A stretch of 31,304 nucleotides of DNA from an uncultured Peptococcaceae bacterium (GTDB lineage: Bacteria > Bacillota > Desulfotomaculia > Desulfotomaculales > Desulfocucumaceae): assembly GCA_964448915.1 (NCBI GenBank), contig CAYUXS010000001.1, positions 34,940-66,243 of the forward strand. The letters are read 5' to 3'. Shown piece by piece: positions 24,264 to 31,304 of the stretch. A program made the position numbers and the translations under genes. Every line of letters begins with the position of its first letter. The stretch's first letter is position 1. The notes under the pieces are model-generated. The model saw nothing but the letters and a program-made list of their open reading frames with translations. It was not told the origin of the DNA and did no database searches.

Positions 24264-26015
24264 TTAAGGATTTGGAAATGTCAAAGTGAATACTGTCCCT
24301 CCCCCTTCCCGGCTTTCCACTTGGATAGTTCCTTTATGAGCCTCGACCAAATTTTTTACAATAGCCAGTCCCAAGCCGGTCCCGCCACTTTCCCTGTTGC
24401 GGGATTTATCAGCGCGGTAAAAACGTTCAAAAACAAAGGGCAGGTCACTTTCGGGTATACCTTTCCCTGTATCACTAATACTTACTACTGTGCCCCGTTC
24501 ATTTTTTTCACTGCGAAGTTTAATAAGGCCACCCTGTGCAAACTTAATAGCATTACCTACCAAATTTATTAAAATCTGCTCAAACCGGAACCTATCTGCC
24601 CAAAGCATTTCTGATCCGGGACTGATTTCTACTTGGAAGGCAGTTTTATCTTTATTTAAAACATGATAGAATTTTTCTCTTACTCCCTGGGCAACTTGTT
24701 CAATATCAACCCATTCTTTTTCTATGGTAATTGAGCCGGCTTGAAGCCTTGAGAGCTCTAATAAGTCTTCTACTAACAATTTAAGTCTGTTAGCTTCTTC
24801 ATGAATTACCCGTATAAAATTATTGCGTTGTTCAGTATTTTCAGCAACCTCATCAATGATTGCCTCGGTATAACCTGTGATTAAGCTGATCGGGGTTCTT
24901 AATTCATGGGATACATTAGCTATAAATTCCCGCCGCATTTCCTCCAGTTTTTGCGCCTGGGTTATATCCTGAAGAACAGCTATTACACCGGTTAAGTTGT
25001 TGCTGTTTGGTTCGAATAACGGTGAAAGCCGTGCAGCAATAGTTTTGTCTTCTACTTTTATCCTTCCTTCAGTTAACTCCTTAGTTTCAAGTATTTTGTT
25101 ATACAAAGAGTTTAACTGGCTCAAATATACACAATGCTCCAGAAGTTCACCTTTTTCAATGTTAACACAATCTTCCAAAAGCTCTTTTGCCTGGGGATTA
25201 AACAGGACAATTTTTCCCTTGGTATCAAAAGCAATCACACCATCTGTCATGCTCAGCAGGATGTTTTCTATTTTTTCTTTTTCATAAGACAGTGCGGAGA
25301 TATTGTCTCTTAATTGTTCGCTTAAATAGTTTAGGGAAGCCCCTAACACGCCGATTTCATCACTGCTGTTAATAGGGATTCGCTGTGTATAATTACCTTG
25401 AGCCAATCCCAATGCTACCTGATTCATTTTAATTAACGGTTTGGAAAGCGATCTGGAAATGAAAAATGCCAAAATAGCGGACATGATCAGTGAACCAAGT
25501 AGAGCCCAATAGATTAAGCTTCTTAAATTATTTAGCGTGGCGGTAAGGGGGGCTACCGGGGTATAAATAAGGAGTGCATTTGAAATTTTATCCCCTGCCT
25601 TTACAGGAATCCCAACTGATAGCATTTGGGTCTGAAAATTATCGTGATAGCCCCTTTCAGTGATTATTTCACCGGCAAAAATCTTGCTTAAATTATCTTC
25701 TTTAAAGACTGAACCTGGTGGCATATGCAAAGACATGTTGCAATCTATTATTTTACCTGCTTCATCCAGGAGCAGGACATGAGCATTCAAAAGGCGGGAA
25801 ATCCTATTTAACTCTTTGTCGTCTTGAAGAATATCAGGTTCATTACTGTACATGCCTGCAATCTGCAATCCCTGGGTCACCAGGTTCTTCGTTATCTGAG
25901 AATAGTAAAAGTCCTCCGTTAGCCAAAACAGGCCCAACCCCAAAGACGTTACTATTAAGACCATAAAAACAACAATGGTTAGCCACAGCTTAAAGACAAT
26001 ACTTTTCAAAAACAT
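24264..26015 (-). CDS. Sensor histidine kinase (ResE/SrrB-like: 2 TM, HAMP, PAS, HisKA, HATPase)
   Basis: HAMP DEIGVLG, PAS start SMTDGVIAFD, H-box ANVSHELRTP, NLVGNAIKF, DTGKGI, GGTGLGL. Confidence 0.92.
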   Translation of the reverse strand: MFLKSIVFKLWLTIVVFMVLIVTSLGLGLFWLTEDFYYSQITKNLVTQGLQIAGMYSNEPDILQDDKELNRISRLLNAHVLLLDEAGKIIDCNMSLHMPPGSVFKEDNLSKIFAGEIITERGYHDNFQTQMLSVGIPVKAGDKISNALLIYTPVAPLTATLNNLRSLIYWALLGSLIMSAILAFFISRSLSKPLIKMNQVALGLAQGNYTQRIPINSSDEIGVLGASLNYLSEQLRDNISALSYEKEKIENILLSMTDGVIAFDTKGKIVLFNPQAKELLEDCVNIEKGELLEHCVYLSQLNSLYNKILETKELTEGRIKVEDKTIAARLSPLFEPNSNNLTGVIAVLQDITQAQKLEEMRREFIANVSHELRTPISLITGYTEAIIDEVAENTEQRNNFIRVIHEEANRLKLLVEDLLELSRLQAGSITIEKEWVDIEQVAQGVREKFYHVLNKDKTAFQVEISPGSEMLWADRFRFEQILINLVGNAIKFAQGGLIKLRSEKNERGTVVSISDTGKGIPESDLPFVFERFYRADKSRNRESGGTGLGLAIVKNLVEAHKGTIQVESREGGGTVFTLTFPNP

Positions 26016-26016
26016 T

Positions 26017-26706
26017 TCAATCTACCTCGAATTTATAGCCTACTCCCCATACTGTCTTAATAAATTTTTCCTCTTTGTCGTTTAGTTTCTCCCTGATTTT
26101 TTTAACATGGGTATCCACTGTTCTTTGGTCACCGTAATACTCGTAGTCCCAGACTTTTTCGATGATCTGTTCTCTGGACAAGACTTTTCCCTTGTTTTTT
26201 ATAAGATAAACCAGAAGTTCAAATTCTTTGGGAGTAAGGCTTATTTCCTTACCTGCCAATTTAACCTCCCATCCTTCTATATCCACAACCAGATCACCAA
26301 ACTGCAGTATGCTTTCAGCTTTGTTGCCCTTATCAATCCTTTTTAACACTGCCTTAACCCGCGCTACCAATTCTCTTGGGCTAAATGGTTTGACAATGTA
26401 GTCGTCGGCGCCAAGTTCGAAACCCATTAAACGATCATGCTCTTCACCCCGGGCAGTTAGAAATATTACCGGTATATCCTTAAAACTATGGACCTCATTG
26501 CATAAAGTAAAGCCATCCATCTTGGGCATCATCACATCAACGATTAACAACTGAAAATCATTGTCTTTTTTTAACAAATTTAATGCATCCAAACCGTCTT
26601 CCGCAGTTACAACCTTATAGTTTTCTTTCGTGAGGTAAAGAGAAACCAGTTCCCGCATTTTGGGCTCATCATCTACAACTAGTATCCTTGCTTTGTTCTC
26701 CAGCAT
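26017..26706 (-). CDS. OmpR-family response regulator (ResD/SrrA-like)
   Basis: VVDDE, DVMMP, FLTA, GADDYIVKPF, winged helix LTPKEFELL...RTVDTHVKKIR...KTVWGVGYKF. Confidence 0.95.
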   Translation of the reverse strand: MLENKARILVVDDEPKMRELVSLYLTKENYKVVTAEDGLDALNLLKKDNDFQLLIVDVMMPKMDGFTLCNEVHSFKDIPVIFLTARGEEHDRLMGFELGADDYIVKPFSPRELVARVKAVLKRIDKGNKAESILQFGDLVVDIEGWEVKLAGKEISLTPKEFELLVYLIKNKGKVLSREQIIEKVWDYEYYGDQRTVDTHVKKIREKLNDKEEKFIKTVWGVGYKFEVD

Positions 26707-26746
26707 ACTTATCCCTCGCGCCCAATTATTTTATTTTGTTAATATT

Positions 26747-26776
26747 AATCCCTGCCAGTCTTACTGGCAAGGGATT
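26747..26776. terminator. Hairpin between copA and the response regulator
   Basis: AATCCCT-GCCAGT-CTT-ACTGGC-A-AGGGATT stem with one bulge. Short AT tails. Confidence 0.6.
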
Positions 26777-26803
26777 TCCATTTATCTCCGTTTAAATTAA
26801 TAT

Positions 26804-29233
26804 TCAATGCTTTTTATATTGAAATGGTTTATACGACCAACGTTTCAAGCGCAAGGCATTTGTAACAACAGATACCGAACTAAAAGCCATGGCCCCTCCG
26901 GCAATGACCGGGTTAAGCAAACCAAAGGCAGCTATGGGAATACCCAAGGTGTTATAGATTAAAGCCCAGAACAGGTTTTGCTTAATATTTCTCATGGTAG
27001 AACGACTTAAGGCAATACTGGCTGTAATACCCCTGAGGTCACCCCTCATTAAGGTAATATCAGCAGCCTCCATGGCAACATCAGTGCCTGTTCCAATGGC
27101 TATACCCACATCAGCGGTTGCCAGGGCAGGCGCATCGTTAATCCCATCGCCTACCATAGCTACTTTCTTATCCTGGGTTTTGAGTTTTTCTACTTCATTA
27201 GCCTTATCCTCGGGCAGTACTTCGGCCAGGACGTGGGCAATACCGACTTGCCTGGCAATAGCTTGGGCTGTTCTTTTGTTATCTCCAGTTATCATAATTA
27301 CGTCTATCCCCATTTGCTGGAGTTCACTAATGGCTTCTCTGGAATTTTCTTTTACTGTATCGGCAACTCCTAAAATAGCTGCGATGCTCCCGTCTATTGC
27401 CATAAGCATGGCAGTTTTACCTTGGTTCTCCAGGGAATTCATTTGTTTTTCAATTTGTTCTACCGCTATATTTTGCTCATTCATGAGTTTTCTGGTTCCC
27501 AGGATAATTTCTTTTCCTTTTACCCTTGCTTTTACTCCCCTGCCTGGAATGGCAACAAAGTTTTCAGCATCAGTTAGTTCCCCGAATAATTCTTTCCCAC
27601 GCTTCGCTATTGCCTCACCCAAGGGATGTTCAGAGCCCTTTTCAGCAATAGCAGCCAAAAGGAGAATCTCCTTTTCCTCAAGCCCCGTGTAATTAATGAT
27701 ATCGGTAACTTCCGGCTGGCCCTTGGTAATAGTGCCGGTCTTATCAAGAACAACAGTATCGATTTTATGGGCATTCTCCAGGTGTTCGCCACCTTTTATC
27801 AGGATGCCGTTTTCCGCACCCTTGCCTGTTCCTACCATGATCGAAGTCGGAGTAGCCAGGCCAAGAGCACAGGGGCAGGCAATTACCAGAACTGCAGTGA
27901 AGTTAATGAGAGCCCGGGTAAAGTTACCCGGTTCAACTGCTACAAACCAAACCAGAAAAGTTACAATAGCAACACCAATTACTGCTGGGACGAAATAAGC
28001 TGAAATAATATCGGCCATTCTTTGAATGGGGGCTTTAGAACCCTGGGCGTCCTCCACCACCTTAATTATCTGGGCTAAAGCCGTATCTTTACCAATTTTA
28101 GTGGCTTCGAATTTAAAGACACCATGCTTATTAATGGTGGCACCGATTACTTCATCACCGGGCTTTTTGTCGACAGGAAGGCTTTCACCAGTTAGCATTG
28201 ATTCGTCTATTGAGGAATATCCTTCCTTGATAAGCCCGTCTACCGGAATTTTTTCACCGGGCCTCACTATAATCAAATCACCCACGACCACTTCATCGAT
28301 GGGTATTTCCTGTTCTTTTCCATCCCTGATAACCCGAGCGGTTTTAGCCTGCAACCCCATTAATTTCTTGATGGCTTCCGAAGTCTTGCCCTTTGCGATA
28401 GCTTCTAAAAGCTTGCCGAGAATAATCAGGGTGATAATAATGGCTGATGTCTCATAATAAACGTGCATCTCTCCAAGCTGATGACCCCAGAAGGTTATCA
28501 CCAGGCTAAAAAAATATGCTGCGGAAGTTCCCAAAGCCACCAGCACCGACATGTTGGCACTTTTATTTTTCAGGGCATAGTAAGAATCTTTATAAAACTG
28601 TGCACCTGCTACAAACTGGATTGGAGTAGCCAAAGCCAACTGAAAATACTTGTTAAAAATAAATTCAGGTACCCAAACCCATTTAAAAAGCTCTGCAAAC
28701 ATGAAAAGCGCCAAGGGTAATGAAAGTAAGGCTGAAAAAACAAATAAATTTTTTTGACGCCTAATTTCTTTTTCCCTGGACTCCTGTTCCTTGTCAGTGT
28801 CCAGTTTATCCTCAATAGCTTCCGCCTGATAGCCTAGTTTTTCAATGGCCTGTTTCAGATCATTAATTGTTATTGAAGACGGGAAATAGGCGACTGTGGC
28901 TTTTCCCGTAGCAATATTGACATTGGCCTTGCTTACTCCCTGCATAGAATTAAGTTTTTTCTCGACTTTTGCTGCACAGGCCGCGCAGGCCATTCCTGAA
29001 ATCTTAAAATCTACCTTGTCTGCTACTATTAAATAACCCAAATCAGCTATCTTTTTATTGAAGTCATCAATACCAACTAATTCCGGGTTATATTCAAGGG
29101 TGGCTTTCTCCATCGAAAGATTGACTACAGCATTTTCCACGCCGCTCATTTCATTTAAGGCCTTTTCAATCCTGGTGGCACATGCTGCACAAGTCATCCC
29201 TTTAATGCCAAAACTAATCTTCATCAACTCCAC
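26804..29233 (-). CDS. copA: Copper-translocating P1B-1 ATPase
   Basis: Two HMA domains (GMTCAAC, GMACAAC), [29 protein letters not shown] and MAFSS Cu+ ligands. Confidence 0.96.
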   Translation of the reverse strand: MELMKISFGIKGMTCAACATRIEKALNEMSGVENAVVNLSMEKATLEYNPELVGIDDFNKKIADLGYLIVADKVDFKISGMACAACAAKVEKKLNSMQGVSKANVNIATGKATVAYFPSSITINDLKQAIEKLGYQAEAIEDKLDTDKEQESREKEIRRQKNLFVFSALLSLPLALFMFAELFKWVWVPEFIFNKYFQLALATPIQFVAGAQFYKDSYYALKNKSANMSVLVALGTSAAYFFSLVITFWGHQLGEMHVYYETSAIIITLIILGKLLEAIAKGKTSEAIKKLMGLQAKTARVIRDGKEQEIPIDEVVVGDLIIVRPGEKIPVDGLIKEGYSSIDESMLTGESLPVDKKPGDEVIGATINKHGVFKFEATKIGKDTALAQIIKVVEDAQGSKAPIQRMADIISAYFVPAVIGVAIVTFLVWFVAVEPGNFTRALINFTAVLVIACPCALGLATPTSIMVGTGKGAENGILIKGGEHLENAHKIDTVVLDKTGTITKGQPEVTDIINYTGLEEKEILLLAAIAEKGSEHPLGEAIAKRGKELFGELTDAENFVAIPGRGVKARVKGKEIILGTRKLMNEQNIAVEQIEKQMNSLENQGKTAMLMAIDGSIAAILGVADTVKENSREAISELQQMGIDVIMITGDNKRTAQAIARQVGIAHVLAEVLPEDKANEVEKLKTQDKKVAMVGDGINDAPALATADVGIAIGTGTDVAMEAADITLMRGDLRGITASIALSRSTMRNIKQNLFWALIYNTLGIPIAAFGLLNPVIAGGAMAFSSVSVVTNALRLKRWSYKPFQYKKH

Positions 29234-29250
29234 CCCCTAACTTGGTGCTT

Positions 29251-29988
29251 TTACATACCTATAGGTAGTTTAAAAGGCATAAACTTTGCAATAAGAACTG
29301 TCAGAACAGTGAATTTATCAAACATAATTAGAATTCCCATTCCCAATATGGATAATCCTAAAACCGTATTTATTGCTTTTTCCCTTCGCTTCACCCTATG
29401 AATCACCTTAATGATTCGATCCATATACAAACCTGCCAGTAAGTATGGAATAGCCAGACCCAAAGAAAAAAAGAGCATTACTGACATTCCAGCGGAAAGC
29501 GAACCCAGGGAACCAGCCATAATCAGGATAGAATAAAGGACGGGGCCCAGGCAGTGAGAGCAGGCAACAGCAAAGGCAATTCCAATTCCAAAAGACTTCA
29601 GATAAGAGCTCCCGGCTGCTTTTTCTTGTCCTGGAATCTTACAACCAGAATGTTTCCTTTTCCCTAACAACCCTAAAATATTTAAGGCCAAAAGCACTAT
29701 TGCCGCCCCAGCTATGAAATTAAGCACCTGACTATACTGGCGCAAAAACTTGGCAAATATCCCTGCTGTTGCTCCGGATAGGGTAAAGATAATGATAAAA
29801 GCCAATACAAACAGCAGTGTTTTTAAGAAGATGTCTCTTCTTAAATGGCGGCTATCCGGTAGATTTCTAAGTTCTTTTAATGATAAACCTGTTATAAAGG
29901 AAAAATATCCTGAAAGCATGGGTATGATGCAAGGCGAGATAAATGACACGATACCTGCACCAAATGCAATCAACTGGTAACTCCCCAT
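29251..29988 (-). CDS. ccdA: CcdA/DsbD-like transmembrane electron transporter (cytochrome c biogenesis family)
   Basis: SFISPCIIP in TM1, second Cys site ACSHCLGP, about six TM helices. Confidence 0.85.
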   Translation of the reverse strand: MGSYQLIAFGAGIVSFISPCIIPMLSGYFSFITGLSLKELRNLPDSRHLRRDIFLKTLLFVLAFIIIFTLSGATAGIFAKFLRQYSQVLNFIAGAAIVLLALNILGLLGKRKHSGCKIPGQEKAAGSSYLKSFGIGIAFAVACSHCLGPVLYSILIMAGSLGSLSAGMSVMLFFSLGLAIPYLLAGLYMDRIIKVIHRVKRREKAINTVLGLSILGMGILIMFDKFTVLTVLIAKFMPFKLPIGM

Positions 29989-30032
29989 CCGTAATCTCCT
30001 TGTTTTTGATTATCTCCAACACACTTTACTGC

Positions 30033-30581
30033 TTAAAAAGCCAAGTCTTGCTTTTCCCAAATAAACTCCCGTTTACCTGCACCACCAACGTTATTTATCA
30101 CTAATTTAAGCCCATCAATATTCTTTAAATCTTTTTTTGTTTTAAAATGAAGCTTCCCAATGAGATGATGACTATCCCCTTCTGTCTCCCACTCTGACTG
30201 GGCTGCCAATAAATCTCCATTGTTGTCAAAAAGTTTGGAGTTTTGATTTAAAGGGTACCGGGATAAATCCATAGAGTGAGTATTGAGTATGACTATAAAA
30301 CTTAAATATCCTTCTTTGTGCTGTCCAAGAGGGTTGGCAAAGGTAACATTAAAACTAACCTCGCCCTCTTCGTTAATACGCTGCAAGCTACTTGAACTTG
30401 GTTTTGTACTGCCGGTTTCATCAATGATCTCACTTGAATTACCGGGAACCTGCAACAATGGGCTGTTATCTTGCAAATCTTCTATAGGGTCCGGTTCTTC
30501 TTGAAACCCGGAATTACAGCCACTTAAAAAAATAATAAAAGTTATGCAAAGCACAAGTAATAAAATCAGTCGTTTTTTCAA
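30033..30581 (-). CDS. Uncharacterised lipoprotein with His motifs
   Basis: TTG 30581 after GGGAGGA, lipobox FLSGC, motifs LNTHSMDL and DSHHLIG. Confidence 0.75.
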   Translation of the reverse strand: MKKRLILLLVLCITFIIFLSGCNSGFQEEPDPIEDLQDNSPLLQVPGNSSEIIDETGSTKPSSSSLQRINEEGEVSFNVTFANPLGQHKEGYLSFIVILNTHSMDLSRYPLNQNSKLFDNNGDLLAAQSEWETEGDSHHLIGKLHFKTKKDLKNIDGLKLVINNVGGAGKREFIWEKQDLAF

Positions 30582-30623
30582 CAGGACTTTTCCTCCCAAA
30601 AGGCCTCATGGGTACTATGGACT

Positions 30624-30884
30624 TTAGCTATCTTGCACGCTGCTAAGCCCGGTCTTGTTCTCCCGTATATTCTCGTGATCTTTACCATGACAGCTTTCTT
30701 TTTTCCCGAGCATTCCTTTCATCATAAAGATATGCATAAGAGGACATAGCAACAGCATTAGCCAGGACCAGTTAAAACCGGATGCCGCGTTTTTTATTTG
30801 AGGTAAGAACGCCAACAAGGCGAGCATTGGCACGATACAGCAAGCCATCATCAACAAACCATGAATAATACCTTTTTTCCTCAT
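30624..30884 (-). CDS. DUF2933-like small Cys/His/Met-rich membrane protein
   Basis: MMACCIVPM, LLLCPLMHIFMMKGM, SCH. GGAGGT RBS. Heads the copA unit. Confidence 0.75.
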   Translation of the reverse strand: MRKKGIIHGLLMMACCIVPMLALLAFLPQIKNAASGFNWSWLMLLLCPLMHIFMMKGMLGKKESCHGKDHENIRENKTGLSSVQDS

Positions 30885-30952
30885 CTCTTTACCTCCATTT
30901 AATAAATTGGCTTGATGAATATTTTAAAACATAAAAATGACCAAACTTTTTT

Positions 30953-31006
30953 GAATTTGTGAAGAATTTGTGAAATAAGGACTGTTCATAAAAAGTACAC
31001 AATTTC
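30953..31006. promoter_or_regulatory. Candidate OmpR-type (ResD-like) direct-repeat boxes in the divergent promoter
   Basis: GAATTTGTGAA twice in perfect tandem (30953-30974). Opposite-orientation degenerate pair TTCATAAAAAG/TACACAATTTC (30985-31006) versus TTCACAAATTC. Confidence 0.6.
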
Positions 31007-31090
31007 ATTAAAGTTTAATCACCTTTTTTTTGTAGAATGAAATTGTTTTTTAAGTCATTACAGTTACAACGAAAAGAGGTTTAGATTATT

Positions 31091-31304
31091 ATGGTTGAAC
31101 TCTTTTCTATCGGACATATATCCGTATATTTATTTGGTCTAACTGTTGCGTCCGGGATGTTAGCCGGGATTTTTCTTGCGTATAGGAATGCCAAAAAAGT
31201 TGGCATTCCGGAAGATCATTTTATTGGTGTAATTCTTTATGCCTTACTTGGAGGCATTGCAGGTGCACGTTTGGTTTTTATACTGATTTATGATCCCGCC
31301 TATT
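31091..31304 (+). CDS. lgt: Prolipoprotein diacylglyceryl transferase-like protein, 5' part (runs off the window)
   Basis: ATG 31091 after AGAGGT. MVELFSIGHISVYLFGLTVASG...LLGGIAGARLVFIL; GAR motif typical of the Lgt N-terminus. Confidence 0.75.
   Translation, partial: MVELFSIGHISVYLFGLTVASGMLAGIFLAYRNAKKVGIPEDHFIGVILYALLGGIAGARLVFILIYDPAY

Noticed and set aside
814-30504. The many plus-strand ORFs lying antisense to long minus-strand genes (e.g. 1090-1620, 13611-14126, 26994-27692), 5564-6241 on minus, and short off-frame ORFs
   Set aside because: Shadow frames of well-supported genes, with no RBS and no recognisable motifs.

Overview
Window from a low-GC, Clostridia-like (possibly Peptococcaceae-type) anaerobe; the taxon is my inference from gene content and strong GGAGG-type Shine-Dalgarno sites. 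Left to right: (i) 3' part of a conserved small membrane protein; (ii) a minus-strand NarL-type two-component system, a sodium:solute symporter and an unannotated 49-aa ORF; (iii) a plus-strand three-gene unit of unknown function: a soluble ABC ATPase without permease, a HypB/UreG-like Cys-rich GTPase and an Fe-S protein; (iv) a RAYT/IS200-like HUH transposase bracketed by inverted REP-like repeats; (v) a frameshifted membrane HD-GYP gene and a second unannotated 49-aa ORF; (vi) a 13-gene, ~12.9 kb minus-strand sulfur-assimilation operon: JAMM protease, MetY-like PLP enzyme, sulfonate/sulfate-type ABC transporter (binding protein interrupted by an in-frame TGA in a mutation-dense patch), CysC, AprA/AprB-like APS reductase, small siroheme sulfite reductase, TusA, ThiS-like carrier ending GGG-H, CysK, ThiF/MoeB, CysD, CysN. 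This is a protein-thiocarboxylate sulfur relay resembling the Wolinella Hcy and mycobacterial CysO/CysM/Mec systems; (vii) a minus-strand copper/redox unit (DUF2933-like protein, His-bearing lipoprotein, CcdA, CopA, ResD/ResE-like system, orphan LarE) divergent from an lgt-like gene, with 11-bp direct repeats between them. No tRNA, rRNA or CRISPR array was recognised. The best candidates for undescribed biology are the ATPase/GTPase/Fe-S trio, the relay with two possible sulfur acceptors (CysK and MetY-like), and the copA-resDE-larE operon. All family calls come from motif recognition; no database search was run.
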